DNA of 64,000 nt from Luteimonas sp. (lineage in GTDB: Bacteria; Pseudomonadota; Gammaproteobacteria; Xanthomonadales; Xanthomonadaceae). The DNA lies in assembly GCA_041905645.1 (NCBI GenBank), contig JAYRKR010000001.1, forward strand, positions 23,311-87,310, given 5' to 3'. A program made the position numbers and the translations under genes. This document shows, piece by piece, positions 1-10,093 of the stretch. How positions within the stretch are numbered: the first letter of the stretch is position 1; every line of letters begins with the position of its first letter. The notes beneath the pieces were generated by a model, which was not told the origin of the DNA, did no database searches, and saw only the letters and a list, made by a program, of their open reading frames with translations.

Positions 1-29
1 AAGGCGAACACATTGAAGGAATGACTCAT
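1..29 (-). CDS. narI: Nitrate reductase gamma subunit NarI, first 9 codons only (runs off the window)
   Basis: ATG at 27-29 overlaps the narJ stop (ATGA). It reads MSHSFNVFA. The position after narGHJ is canonical. Confidence 0.45.
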
Positions 30-709
30 GACTGCACCTCGCGCAGGGCCTCGGGTCGCGCGTGCTGCGGACCCTGGGGCGTACAGTTCTCGTCGGGCGC
101 CTCGCCGCCGAAGCGCACCGCCTCTTCTTCCCACAGCGCGTCGATCGCCTCGGGCGTGTCGTCGCGCGGTTCCTCGCTGGCGCGCCGGCGCAGCGTGTCA
201 AGGTCGAGCTTGCCGTCGGCGAACTCGACCAGCACCTCGAACAGCAGCGCATACGGGCTTTCGCGCTCGCCTGCGCGCGCGGCCAGCAGCCCGACGATGT
301 GGCTGACATGGTGCAGCCAGTCGCGTGCTTCTTCCGGCGGGCGCTGCGACAGGTACTCCAGCAGCAGCGGCAGGTAGTCGGGCAGCTCCTTGGATGCAAG
401 CTCGAAGCCGTTCTTGCGGTAGGCCTCGATCAGGTCGACCATCGCCTGGCCGCGGTCGCGCGATTCGCCGTGGATGTGCTCGAACAGCAGCAGGCTCATC
501 GAGCGGCCGCGGTCGAAGGTGCTCAGCCAGTCGTCCTGCGCCACCAGCGGATCGGTATGGAGCAGCCGCTGCACGAAGGCGCCCAGTTCGCGGCGCCGGC
601 GCGGCGAAAGCTCGGGCGCGTCGGCGGCGGCCAGCAGTTCGTCGCCGTGTTGCCACAGCTCGTCCTGCGGATAGTCGATGAGCACGCCGACCAGCTTGAG
701 CAGGCTCAC
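26..709 (-). CDS. narJ: Nitrate reductase molybdenum cofactor assembly chaperone NarJ
   Basis: 227-aa ORF immediately after narH. The GTG start overlaps the narH stop. Its size and acidic Leu-rich sequence are typical of NarJ. Confidence 0.85.
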   Translation of the reverse strand: MSLLKLVGVLIDYPQDELWQHGDELLAAADAPELSPRRRRELGAFVQRLLHTDPLVAQDDWLSTFDRGRSMSLLLFEHIHGESRDRGQAMVDLIEAYRKNGFELASKELPDYLPLLLEYLSQRPPEEARDWLHHVSHIVGLLAARAGERESPYALLFEVLVEFADGKLDLDTLRRRASEEPRDDTPEAIDALWEEEAVRFGGEAPDENCTPQGPQHARPEALREVQS

Positions 710-2259
710 GGCGCCACCTCTTCTGGATGCTCCTTTTCCTGGCGCGGCGGCGGCACGGTGTAGGTGGTGATGCGGCGCGCGCCGAACAGGTCGGCCGGGC
801 TGTCGCCGCTGCAGCCGTTGCCGAAGGTGAAGCCGCAGCCGCCGCGTTCGCCGTAGGCGTCGTTGGCGTACTCGCGGTGCGCGGTCGGGATGACGAAGCG
901 ATCCTCGTAGTTGGCGATGGCCAGGTAGCGGTACATCTCCTCGGCCTGGGCAACCGTGAGCCCGGCTTGCTCGAGCACCTGCGTGTCCTCGACGCCGTCG
1001 ACGTTCATCGCCCGTCGCCAGGCCCGCATTGCGATCAGCCGCTCCAAGGCGCGCACCACCGGCGCCTCGTCACCGGCGGTCAGCAGGTTGGCGAGGTAGC
1101 GCATCGGCGTGCGCAGCGATGCGACGTCCGGCAGTTCGCCGTTCATGCCGACGTGTCCGCGTTCGGCGGCGGACTGGATCGGCGACAGCGGCGGCACGTA
1201 CCAGACCATCGGCAGCGTGCGGTATTCCGGGTGCAGCGGCAGCGCCAGCTTCCAGTCCACCGCCAGCTTGTACACCGGCGAGGCCTTGGCGCCTTCCAGC
1301 CAGCTGTCGGGAATGCCTTCCTTCCGGGCGGCTTCGATCACTTCAGGATCGAAGGGATCCAGGAAGATGTCCAGGTGGGCCTGGTACAGGTCCTTCTCCG
1401 CTTCCACCGAGGCGGCGGCCTCGATGCGGTCGGCGTCGTAAAGCATCACGCCGAGATAGCGAATGCGGCCGACGCAGGTCTCCGAACACACCGTCGGCTC
1501 GCCCATCTCGATGCGGGGGTAGCAGAAGATGCACTTCTCGGACTTGCCGCTCTTCCAGTTGTAGTAGATCTTCTTGTACGGGCAGGCCGACACGCACATG
1601 CGCCAGCCGCGGCACTTGTCCTGGTCGATCAGGACGATGCCGTCCTCCTCGCGCTTGTAGATCGCACCCGACGGGCAGGCCGACACGCACGCCGGGTTCA
1701 GGCAGTGCTCGCACAGGCGCGGCAGGTACATCATGAAGGTCTTTTCGAACGCGCTGTAGATCTCCTTCTGCACGCCGTCGAAGTTGACGTCCTTGGAGCG
1801 CTTGGCGAACTCGGTGCCGAGCAGCTCCTCCCAGTTCGGGCCCCACTCGATCTTTTCCATGCGCTGGCCGGTGAGCTTGGAGCGCGGCCGCGCGGTCGGC
1901 TGGTGCTTGACCTCCGGCGCTTCGTGCAGGTGCTGGTAGTCGTAGTCGAACGGCTCGTAGTAGTCGTCGATCTGCGGCAGGTCGGGGTTGGCGAAGATCT
2001 TGGCCAGCATCCGCCAGCGCCCGCCGGCCTTGGGCACCAACTTGCCACCGCGGGTGCGCACCCAGCCGCCGTTCCACTTGGCCTGGTTCTCCCACTCCTT
2101 GGGATAGCCGATGCCGGGTTTGGTCTCGACGTTGTTGAACCAGGCGTACTCGACGCCCTCGCGGGAAGTCCACACGTTCTTGCAGGTGATCGAACAGGTG
2201 TGGCAGCCGATGCACTTGTCCAGGTTCAGGACCATCGCGATCTGGGCGCGGACTTTCAT
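706..2259 (-). CDS. narH: Respiratory nitrate reductase beta subunit NarH
   Basis: MKVRAQIAMVLNLDKCIGCHTCS... with multiple ferredoxin-type Cys clusters (CIGCHTC, CEHCLNPAC, CRGWRMC, CIFCYPR), 517 aa. The ORF-track entry 706..3147 carries a spurious N-terminal extension. Confidence 0.95.
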   Translation of the reverse strand: MKVRAQIAMVLNLDKCIGCHTCSITCKNVWTSREGVEYAWFNNVETKPGIGYPKEWENQAKWNGGWVRTRGGKLVPKAGGRWRMLAKIFANPDLPQIDDYYEPFDYDYQHLHEAPEVKHQPTARPRSKLTGQRMEKIEWGPNWEELLGTEFAKRSKDVNFDGVQKEIYSAFEKTFMMYLPRLCEHCLNPACVSACPSGAIYKREEDGIVLIDQDKCRGWRMCVSACPYKKIYYNWKSGKSEKCIFCYPRIEMGEPTVCSETCVGRIRYLGVMLYDADRIEAAASVEAEKDLYQAHLDIFLDPFDPEVIEAARKEGIPDSWLEGAKASPVYKLAVDWKLALPLHPEYRTLPMVWYVPPLSPIQSAAERGHVGMNGELPDVASLRTPMRYLANLLTAGDEAPVVRALERLIAMRAWRRAMNVDGVEDTQVLEQAGLTVAQAEEMYRYLAIANYEDRFVIPTAHREYANDAYGERGGCGFTFGNGCSGDSPADLFGARRITTYTVPPPRQEKEHPEEVAP

Positions 2260-5200
2260 GATGCAATCTCCTCGGCGAGCTTGGGCGCCGCCTCGCCGTC
2301 GAGCCAGTCGACCTTCTTCATCTTGCGCACGATCACGAACTCGTCGCGGTTGGTACCGCAGGTGCCGTAGTAGTTGAACCCGTAGGCCAGCTGCGCGTAG
2401 CCGCCGATCATGTGGGTGGGCTTGACCACGGTGCGCGTGACCGAGTTGTGGATCCCGCCGCGGGTACCGGTGATCTCCGAGCCCGGAATGTTGATGATGC
2501 GTTCCTGGGCGTGGTACATCATCGCCATGCCCGGCATCACCCGCTGGCTCACCACCGCGTTGGCCGTCACCGCTCCGTTGACGTTGAACAGCTCGATCCA
2601 GTCGTTGTCCTCGATTCCGGCCTCGCGCGCATCGTCCTCGCTCAGCCATACGATGGGGCCGCCGCGCGAGAGCGTCTTCATGATCAGGTTGTCGCTGTAG
2701 GTGCTGTGGATGCCCCACTTCTGGTGCGGCGTGATCCAGTTGAGCACGATCTCCTTGTTGCCGTTGCTGCGCTTGTCGAGCAAGGGCTTGATGGTCTTGG
2801 TGTCCACGGGCGGGCGATAGCTCATGAAGCCTTCGCCGAAGGCCACCATCCACTCGTGGTCCTGGTAGAACTGCTGGCGACCGGTCAGGGTGCGCCACGG
2901 GATCAGCTCGTGGACGTTGGTGTAGCCGGCGTTGTAGCTGACGTGCTCGTCCTCCAGGCCCGACCAGATCGGCGAGGAGATGATCTTGCGCGGCTGCGCG
3001 ACGATGTCGCGAAAGCGGATCGCCTCGTGCTCCTTGCCCTTTGCCAGGTGTGTGTGGTCGCGGCCGGTGAATTCGCCGAGCGACTCCCACGCCTTGACCG
3101 CCACGTGGCCGTTGGTCTCGGGTGCGAGGTGCAGCACGACTTCGCACGCATCGATCGCCGATTCGATCTGCGGGCGACCCTGGCTGACGCCCTCGTCGCG
3201 CACCTGGTGGTTGAGCTTGCCGAGGAAGTCGACTTCATCCTTCGTATCCCACTGCATGCCCTTGCCGCCGTTGCCGAGCTTGTCGAGCAGCGGCCCAAGC
3301 GAGGTGAACTTCTTGTACAGGTTCGGATAGTCGCGCTCGACCACCGAGATCGCCGGCATCGTCTTGCCCGGAATCGCCTCGCACTCGCCCCTCTTCCAGT
3401 CGCGCACGTCCAGCGGCATCGCCAGTTCGCCCGGGGTGTCGTGCATGGTCGGCGTGAGCACCACGTCCTGCTCGACGCCCAGCACGCCCGGCGCCATGTC
3501 GCTGACGGTGCGGGCGATGCCCTTGAAGATGTCCCAGTCGCTGCGCGATTCCCAAGCCGGATCCACCGCCTTGGTCAGCGGATGGATGAACGGGTGCATG
3601 TCGGAGGTGTTGAGATCGTTCTTCTCGTACCAGGTCGCGGTCGGCAGCACCACGTCGGAGTACAGCGCGGTAGTGCACATGCGGAAGTCGAGCGTGACCA
3701 GCAGGTCGAGCTTGCCCTCGGCCGCCTCGTCGCGCCACTTGATCTCCTCGGGCTTGACCGCCCCCTCCTCGCCCAGGTCCTTGCCCTGCAGGCCGCTGCG
3801 GGTGCCGAGCATGTGCCGCATCATGTATTCGTGGCCCTTGCCCGAGGAGCCGAGCAGGTTGGAGCGCCAGATGAACATTGCCCGTGGCCAGTTCTGCGGC
3901 GAATCGGGATCGGCGAACGCGAAATCCATCTCGCCGGACTTGAGTTTTTCGACCACGTAATCCGCCGGCGCCTGCCCAGCCTGCTTCGCGTCGCGTGCGA
4001 CCTGCAGCGGATTGCGGTCCAGCTGCGGCGCGCACGGCAGCCAGCCCATGCGCACCGCGCGCAGGTTGAAGTCGGCCAGCGTGCCCGTGTACTTCTTCGG
4101 GTCGGCCAGCGGCGAGAGCAGCTCGTTGGCAAGGATCTTCTCGTAGCGCCACTGGTCGGTGTTGAAGTAGTAGTACGAGGTGCCGTTCATCTGTCGCGGC
4201 GGGCGCGACCAGTCGAGCGCGAACGTCAGCGGGATCCAGCCGGTCTGCGGACGCAGCTTCTCCTGGCCGACGTAATGCGCCCAGCCGCCGCCGGTCTGGC
4301 CCACGCAGCCGCACATGACCAGCATGTTGATCAGGCCGCGGTAGTTCATGTCGTTGTGGAACCAGTGGTTCAGTCCCGCGCCGACGATGATCATGCTGCG
4401 GCCGTGGGTCTTGTCGGCGGTGCGCGCGAACTCGCGCGCGATCTCGATCACGTCCAGGCGCGGCACGCCGGTGATCTTCTCCTGCCAGGCCGGCGTGCCG
4501 GGCACGTTGTCGTCGAAGCTGGCCGCGACGTTGTCGCCGCCCAGGCCGCGATCGACGCCGTACTGCGCCAGCAACAGGTCGTAAACGGTCGCCACTTCCC
4601 ACTGCTTGCCGTCCTCCAGCTGCAGCTTGCGCACCGGCACGTTGCGCTCAAGCACGTCCTCGAACTTCGATGCGGTCCAGCGATCGTGCTCGATGCCGCC
4701 GAAATACGGGAAGCTCACCGCCTCGATGTCGGCGTCGAAATCCTTCAGGCTCAGCCGCAGGCGCGTGTCGCGCCCCTTGGCGTCCTTTTCCTCGATGTTC
4801 CAGCGGCCCTTCTCGCCCCAGCGAAAGCCCACCGAGCCATGCGGCACCACCAGTTCGCCGCTGTTCTCGTCGTAGGCCAGTGTCTTCCACTCGGGATTGT
4901 TGTCTTCGCCCAGCCCGCCCAGATCGCTGGCGCGCAGGAAGCGCCCGGGCACAAGTCGTCCGTCCTCGCGCTTCTCCAGACGCACCAGCAGCGGCATGTC
5001 TGTGTACTGGCGGCAGTAGTCGGTGAAGTACTGCGAGGGTTTGTCGACGTGGAACTCCTTGAGGATCACGTGACCGAACGCGAACGCCAGCGCGGCGTCG
5101 GTACCCTGCTTGGGATGCAGCCAGTGGTCGGTGAGCTTGGCCAGCTCGGAGTAGTCGGGGCAGATCGACACGCACTTGGTGCCGTTGTAGCGCGCCTCGA

Positions 5201-6002
5201 CGAAGAAATGCGCGTCGGGCGTGCGCGTCTGCGGAACGTTGGAGCCCCAGGCGATGAGGTAGCGGCTGTTGTACCAGTCGGCCGACTCGGGTACGTCGGT
5301 CTGCTCACCCCAGACCTGCGGCGAGGACGGCGGCAGGTCGCAGTACCAGTCGTAGAACGACAGGCAGGCGCCACCGAGCAGCGACAGGTAGCGCGCGCCG
5401 GCTGCATAGGAAATCATCGACATCGCCGGGATCGGCGAGAAGCCGATCACGCGATCGGGGCCATACTGCTTGACGGTGTAGAGATTGGACGCGGCGATGA
5501 TCTCGTTGGCCTCGTCCCAGCGCACGCGCGCGAAACCGCCCATGCCGCGCTTGGACTTGTAGTCCTTCGCCTTGACCGGATCCTCGACGATGCTCGCCCA
5601 CGCGTCGACCGGCGACATGGTCTTGCGCGCCTGGCGCCACATCCGCAGCAGCGCGCCGCGCACCAGCGGGTACTTCAGGCGGTTGGCGCTGTACAGGTAC
5701 CAGGAATAGCTGGCGCCGCGCGGGCAGCCGCGCGGCTCGTGGTTGGGGAGGTCGGGACGCGTGCGCGGGTAGTCGGTCTGCTGGGTCTCCCAGGTGACCA
5801 GGCCGTTCTTGACGTAGATCTTCCAGCTGCACGAGCCGGTGCAGTTCACGCCGTGGGTGGAGCGCACCACCTTGTCGTATTGCCAGCGGGCGCGATAGCT
5901 GTTTTCCCACTCGCGGCTTTCGCTGCGGGTGGTGCCATGGCCGTCGGCGAAGGTCGTCCGGTCGCGCTTGAAGAACTGCAGCCGATCGAGAAAATAACTC
6001 AT
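2256..6002 (-). CDS. narG: Respiratory nitrate reductase alpha subunit NarG
   Basis: MSYFLDRLQFFK... 1248 aa with the HGVNCTGSCSW FeS/Mo-bisPGD signature. The stop overlaps the narH start (ATGA). Confidence 0.95.
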   Translation of the reverse strand: MSYFLDRLQFFKRDRTTFADGHGTTRSESREWENSYRARWQYDKVVRSTHGVNCTGSCSWKIYVKNGLVTWETQQTDYPRTRPDLPNHEPRGCPRGASYSWYLYSANRLKYPLVRGALLRMWRQARKTMSPVDAWASIVEDPVKAKDYKSKRGMGGFARVRWDEANEIIAASNLYTVKQYGPDRVIGFSPIPAMSMISYAAGARYLSLLGGACLSFYDWYCDLPPSSPQVWGEQTDVPESADWYNSRYLIAWGSNVPQTRTPDAHFFVEARYNGTKCVSICPDYSELAKLTDHWLHPKQGTDAALAFAFGHVILKEFHVDKPSQYFTDYCRQYTDMPLLVRLEKREDGRLVPGRFLRASDLGGLGEDNNPEWKTLAYDENSGELVVPHGSVGFRWGEKGRWNIEEKDAKGRDTRLRLSLKDFDADIEAVSFPYFGGIEHDRWTASKFEDVLERNVPVRKLQLEDGKQWEVATVYDLLLAQYGVDRGLGGDNVAASFDDNVPGTPAWQEKITGVPRLDVIEIAREFARTADKTHGRSMIIVGAGLNHWFHNDMNYRGLINMLVMCGCVGQTGGGWAHYVGQEKLRPQTGWIPLTFALDWSRPPRQMNGTSYYYFNTDQWRYEKILANELLSPLADPKKYTGTLADFNLRAVRMGWLPCAPQLDRNPLQVARDAKQAGQAPADYVVEKLKSGEMDFAFADPDSPQNWPRAMFIWRSNLLGSSGKGHEYMMRHMLGTRSGLQGKDLGEEGAVKPEEIKWRDEAAEGKLDLLVTLDFRMCTTALYSDVVLPTATWYEKNDLNTSDMHPFIHPLTKAVDPAWESRSDWDIFKGIARTVSDMAPGVLGVEQDVVLTPTMHDTPGELAMPLDVRDWKRGECEAIPGKTMPAISVVERDYPNLYKKFTSLGPLLDKLGNGGKGMQWDTKDEVDFLGKLNHQVRDEGVSQGRPQIESAIDACEVVLHLAPETNGHVAVKAWESLGEFTGRDHTHLAKGKEHEAIRFRDIVAQPRKIISSPIWSGLEDEHVSYNAGYTNVHELIPWRTLTGRQQFYQDHEWMVAFGEGFMSYRPPVDTKTIKPLLDKRSNGNKEIVLNWITPHQKWGIHSTYSDNLIMKTLSRGGPIVWLSEDDAREAGIEDNDWIELFNVNGAVTANAVVSQRVMPGMAMMYHAQERIINIPGSEITGTRGGIHNSVTRTVVKPTHMIGGYAQLAYGFNYYGTCGTNRDEFVIVRKMKKVDWLDGEAAPKLAEEIAS

Positions 6003-6090
6003 CAGGAAACCCTCTTCAGGACGACGGAAAAACCTGCATCTCTTCGTCAATCTTGCCGCGAGATTGCCGGCTCATGCAAACCGGTCGCAC

Positions 6091-7503
6091 TCAACACGGC
6101 GCTTCGGCCCCGCGCCGGAAGTACCACCACCAGGTGATCGCGATGCAGGTCACATAGAATGCGATGAAGCCGTACAGCGCCATTTCCGGACCGCCGGTCA
6201 AGGAGATCGAGGTGCCGTAGCTCTTGGGCACGAAGAACGCGCCATAGGCGGCGATTGCCGAGGAGAAGCCGATCACCGCGGCCGATTCGATGCCCGCGCG
6301 ACGCATCGCGGCGGCCTTCTCGTCGGCGCCGGGAGCCGGCCCCAGCTCGCGTTCGCGCATGGTGCGGAAGATCACCGGGATCATGCGGAAGGTGGAGGCG
6401 TTGCCGATGCCGGTCAGCACGAACAGCGCCATGAACAGCGCCATGAATCCGTAGAAATTGCCGCCCGACGCGCCGCTGGGCAGGAAGTACAGCACTCCGA
6501 AGACGGCGGCGACCATCAGCACGAATACCCAGAACGTCAGTAGCGCGCCGCCGACCTTGTCGGCCAGCCAGCCGCCCACGGGACGCGCCAGCGCGCCGAC
6601 CAGCGGGCCGAGGAAGGCGAAGCTGAGTGCATTGACGTCGGGAAACTGGGTCTTGATCAGCAGCGGAAACCCCGCCGAGTAGCCGATGAAGCTGCCGAAC
6701 GTGCCTGTGTACAGCCAGCACATCAGCCAGTTGTGCTTGCGCCGGAAGATCACCGACTGCTCGGCAAAACTCGACCTGGCCGAGACCAGGTCGTTCATGC
6801 CGAACCATGCGGCGATGCTGCATACCAGCAGGAACGGCAGCCAGATGAATCCGGCATTCTGCAGGTACATCGTGCCGCCATCGGACGTGGTCTGGGGCGC
6901 CCCGGCGATCGTTCCGAACACGCCTGCAGTGATCACCAGCGGAATGGTGAACTGGGTCACGGACACGCCGACGTTGCCCAGCCCCGCGTTCATGCCCAGG
7001 GCGTACCCTTGCTTGGCCTTCGGAAAGAAGAACGAGATGTTCGCCATCGACGAGGCGAAGTTGCCGCCGCCCAGACCGCACAGGATCGCGATCGCCATGA
7101 AGTGCCAGAACGGCGTGGTCGGATCCTGCACGGCTAAGCCGAGCCACACCGCCGGGATCATCAGCAATGCCGTGGACAGCGCGGTCCAGCGTCGGCCGCC
7201 GAAGATCGGCACCATGAACGAATAGAAGATGCGCAGGGTTGCGCCGGACAGGCCCGGCAGCGCCGCCAGCCAGAACAGCTGGTCGGTGCCGAAGCTGAAG
7301 CCGATCTTCGGCAGGCTGACCGCCACCGCCGAGAACATCATCCACACGGCGAACGCCAGCAGCAGCGCCGGGATCGAGATGATCAGGTTGCGGTTGGCGA
7401 TCCGGCGCCCGCTGGACTCCCAGAACGCGGGATCCTCGGGGCGCCAGTCGCTCAGGACCGGGCCGGAGGCCTTGGCCGGTGGCTCGCTGCGTGCTGCTGT
7501 CAT
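6091..7503 (-). CDS. narK: MFS nitrate/nitrite transporter NarK
   Basis: 470-aa polytopic MFS protein directly upstream of narG. Start chosen at MTAARSEPP, with GGAG 7 nt upstream. Confidence 0.9.
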   Translation of the reverse strand: MTAARSEPPAKASGPVLSDWRPEDPAFWESSGRRIANRNLIISIPALLLAFAVWMMFSAVAVSLPKIGFSFGTDQLFWLAALPGLSGATLRIFYSFMVPIFGGRRWTALSTALLMIPAVWLGLAVQDPTTPFWHFMAIAILCGLGGGNFASSMANISFFFPKAKQGYALGMNAGLGNVGVSVTQFTIPLVITAGVFGTIAGAPQTTSDGGTMYLQNAGFIWLPFLLVCSIAAWFGMNDLVSARSSFAEQSVIFRRKHNWLMCWLYTGTFGSFIGYSAGFPLLIKTQFPDVNALSFAFLGPLVGALARPVGGWLADKVGGALLTFWVFVLMVAAVFGVLYFLPSGASGGNFYGFMALFMALFVLTGIGNASTFRMIPVIFRTMRERELGPAPGADEKAAAMRRAGIESAAVIGFSSAIAAYGAFFVPKSYGTSISLTGGPEMALYGFIAFYVTCIAITWWWYFRRGAEAPC

Positions 7504-7607
7504 GCCCTGTCTCCGTTGCGTGTCTGGAAACGACCGGATCGCGGCGCCGGTCCACCCGGGGCCTGACCGCATGCCGGACAGGATAGGAAAGCGCACGCCG
7601 GGTCGCT

Positions 7608-7621
7608 TTGACCTGGGTCAA
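7608..7621 (-). promoter_or_regulatory. FNR/Anr/Dnr-type box TTGACCTGGGTCAA upstream of narK
   Basis: Palindrome fitting TTGAT-N4-ATCAA/GTCAA. On the gene strand, TATCCT lies 22 nt downstream (class II, -41.5 geometry). The box centre is about 110 nt upstream of the narK ATG. Confidence 0.6.
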
Positions 7622-7684
7622 CCCCGGTCCAACGAAGACGCCACAGTTTTGCCGGCAAGGCAGGGCCAGGCAACGCCGATCAAC

Positions 7685-8056
7685 TCAAGTGTTTTCCTGG
7701 GCCGCGCCGTGACGGCGCCTGCCGCCGCGGTGCTGCAGGCTGTCGCGGACGTCGACCTCGAACCGCAGCGACAGCGCGCCCGCGCCAGCGGTCGGAAGAT
7801 CGAAGCCCAGCGCATCCCGGCACGGCAGCCGCGGCACATACCCGCGCACGGTCGACTCCGGCAGCAGCACGCGCCATGCGCCGGGCGGCCCCTCCAGCCG
7901 GGCCACCGGGGCCGCGTGCAGGCCAAGCGACTGCGAGAATGCGCCGCCTCGGCCCAGATCGGTGGTGTTGAGAATCGTTTCGCCGGCCAGCAGCCGCGCC
8001 AGTTCGGCTTCGTCGATCCGGAAACGCAGCGTCTGAGCCTGGATCTGCAGCTTCAT
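7685..8056 (-). CDS. Hypothetical protein, 123 aa, last gene of the moa operon
   Basis: The start overlaps the moaE stop (ATGA at 8053-8056). MKLQIQAQTLRFRIDEAELARL... No family recognised with confidence. Confidence 0.55.
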   Translation of the reverse strand: MKLQIQAQTLRFRIDEAELARLLAGETILNTTDLGRGGAFSQSLGLHAAPVARLEGPPGAWRVLLPESTVRGYVPRLPCRDALGFDLPTAGAGALSLRFEVDVRDSLQHRGGRRRHGAAQENT

Positions 8057-8577
8057 CGGGCAGCCCCGCCCTGGGCGTCTGCGTGGTTGTGCTCGACCGT
8101 CCCGGCGGACACTTCACCCGCTGGTGCTGCGTCGCACAACGAGCAGCCTTCGCTCCAAGAACTGTCGCCGTCCACATAGTGTTCCTGCTTCCAGATCGGC
8201 GCGGTGTGCTTGACCGCCTCGATCGCCGCCCGGCAGGCGCGGAAGGCCTCGTCGCGATGCGGCGTGCCGGCGGCGACCACCACGGCCAGATCGCCGATGT
8301 CCAGCCGACCCATCGTGTGGGCGATGTACAGCTTCAACCGGGAGCCGAACTGGCGCTTCAGCTCCTGCGCGATCGCCTCGAAGCGGGCCAGCGCCAGCGG
8401 CCGGTACAGGTCGTAGCTGATGCCGGTGACGCGCCGGCCGTGGTTGAGGTCGCGGACGCGGCCGACGAAGATCGCGACGCCGCCGAAGCCCGGATCAGAG
8501 ACGAACTCCAGCGCGGCGCTCGCGTCGAGCGTTTCGTGCGCGCGGTCGGCGATGTGGACCAAATGCGTGCCGTCCAT
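8053..8577 (-). CDS. moaE: Molybdopterin synthase catalytic subunit MoaE
   Basis: 174 aa following moaD. The motif APIWKQEHY is typical of MoaE. Confidence 0.9.
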   Translation of the reverse strand: MDGTHLVHIADRAHETLDASAALEFVSDPGFGGVAIFVGRVRDLNHGRRVTGISYDLYRPLALARFEAIAQELKRQFGSRLKLYIAHTMGRLDIGDLAVVVAAGTPHRDEAFRACRAAIEAVKHTAPIWKQEHYVDGDSSWSEGCSLCDAAPAGEVSAGTVEHNHADAQGGAAR

Positions 8578-8580
8578 CGC

Positions 8581-8838
8581 TCAGCCTCCGCTGACCGGCG
8601 GCAGCACCGCCATGCGGCCGTCTTCGGGCAGCGGCTGGCCGTCGCGCAGGATTTCGGTCGAGGTGGCGAAGGCACAACTGCCGAGCAGGCGCGCGCCGGT
8701 CTGCGGCCAGCGGTCGGCCGCATGCGCGGCCAATGCCGCACGCAGGTCGGCCACCGATCCGCCCGCAACCGGCAGCCGCAGCCGGTCGCCGGGCTCCAAG
8801 TCGCGCAGTGCGCCGAACAGTTCCAGTTCAATCTCCAT
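8581..8838 (-). CDS. moaD: Molybdopterin synthase sulfur-carrier subunit MoaD
   Basis: 85 aa, MEIELELFGALRD..., ending in the diagnostic C-terminal Gly-Gly (PPVSGG). Confidence 0.9.
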   Translation of the reverse strand: MEIELELFGALRDLEPGDRLRLPVAGGSVADLRAALAAHAADRWPQTGARLLGSCAFATSTEILRDGQPLPEDGRMAVLPPVSGG

Positions 8839-10093
8839 CGGATGCCTCCATCGCGGACAACAGGACCCCACGGCCATCGACGCCGAACACGTCGACCATC
8901 GTACCGGCCGGCAGCCGTTCGGCAGCCTCGTCGAGCACCGCCCAGGCGTTGGCGGCAAGCAGCGGGCGGATGCGGAACGATTCCTGCCCGGGGAGCAGGC
9001 GCACCTGCAGCCGCGCCTGCGCATCCGGCGACACCCGCGCCTTCTGCAGGAAGCGCAGCCCGGCCTTCTTGCGCACGGCTTCGGCCAGCGGCAACCGCAG
9101 CGGACGCTCCGGCGGCTGGCCGAGCAGCGCGCGCAGCGCCGGCTCGACGAAGAATCGCATCCCCACCGCGCCCGATACCGGGTTGCCGGGCAGGCCGAAA
9201 TACAGCTGGCCACCGGGCAGGCGCGCGAACAGCAGCGGCTTGCCGGGCCGGATCGCGACCTTGTGGAAGACGATGTCCGCGCCAAGCGCGAGCAATGCCT
9301 CGGGCACGAAATCATGGCGCCCCATCGACACCGCGCCGGTGCTCAGCACCACGTGCGCGCCGGCGGCCAGGCCGCGCGCAAGCGCCCGGGTGAAGGCGTC
9401 CGCGTCGTCGCCCACGGTTTGCCGATGCACCACGCTGGCGCCGGCCTCGTGCAGGCGGTCGGACAGGTAAGGGGCATTGGAATTGCGGATCTGCCCGGGC
9501 GCCAGTGGCTGCCGGGGGTCGTCCACCAGTTCGGGTCCGGTGGTGAACAATGCCGTCGGCACCCGGGGCCGCACCCGGACGTCCGCCACGCCCAGCGCTG
9601 CGAGCAGCATGCGCGCCGCCGGCGCGATGCGCGTGCCGGCGACCAGCACGCGCTGTCCGCGGACCACGTCCTGGCCGCGGCGGCGCACGTGGGCGCCCGG
9701 CGCCACCGCGGCCTCGAGCCGGATCCGCTGCGGCCGCCCGTCGGCGTCGCGCGCCAGCACGCTGGCCTGTTCGACCGGCAGCACCGCGTCCAGCCCCACC
9801 GGCAGACTGGCGCCGGTCATGATCTCGCAGGCATGCGTACCGTAATCGGCGTCGCTGTCGCCGGCCGCGTGCGAGCCGACGACGGCGAATTCGCGACCCG
9901 CGGCCAACGCGTCGCCACCGCAGGCCAGCGCGAAACCGTCCATCGCGCTGTTGTCGAACGGCGGCAGATCCTCGCTGGCGACCACGTCCTGCGCCAGCAC
10001 GCGATCGAGCGCGCCGTCGACCGGAACCGTTTCGGGCACCAGCGGCCGGCAGGCGGCGAGGATCGCGCGAAGCGCCTGATCGTAGGCGATCAC
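8828..10093 (-). CDS. moeA: Molybdopterin molybdotransferase MoeA
   Basis: VIAYDQALRAILAAC... about 421 aa. GTG start in a GTGA overlap with the upstream gene. MoeA-like domains are present (SMGRHDFV, GLPGNPVS). Confidence 0.85.
   Translation of the reverse strand: MIAYDQALRAILAACRPLVPETVPVDGALDRVLAQDVVASEDLPPFDNSAMDGFALACGGDALAAGREFAVVGSHAAGDSDADYGTHACEIMTGASLPVGLDAVLPVEQASVLARDADGRPQRIRLEAAVAPGAHVRRRGQDVVRGQRVLVAGTRIAPAARMLLAALGVADVRVRPRVPTALFTTGPELVDDPRQPLAPGQIRNSNAPYLSDRLHEAGASVVHRQTVGDDADAFTRALARGLAAGAHVVLSTGAVSMGRHDFVPEALLALGADIVFHKVAIRPGKPLLFARLPGGQLYFGLPGNPVSGAVGMRFFVEPALRALLGQPPERPLRLPLAEAVRKKAGLRFLQKARVSPDAQARLQVRLLPGQESFRIRPLLAANAWAVLDEAAERLPAGTMVDVFGVDGRGVLLSAMEASDGD

Noticed and set aside
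706-3147. Long N-terminal extensions offered by the ORF track (e.g. narH 813 aa, 50799..52517, 36815..38464, 26482..27822, 34202..35122, 39092..39955)
   Set aside because: The extensions are low-complexity and overlap upstream genes. Internal starts with SD motifs, ATGA overlaps or family-typical N-termini were preferred.
2412-6137. 1241-aa + strand ORF spanning the whole narG locus (also 727..2370 + over narH)
   Set aside because: It is antisense to a gene with unambiguous NarG motifs. The translation is Arg/Ala/Gly/Val-rich low-complexity sequence, typical of open antisense frames in GC-rich DNA.
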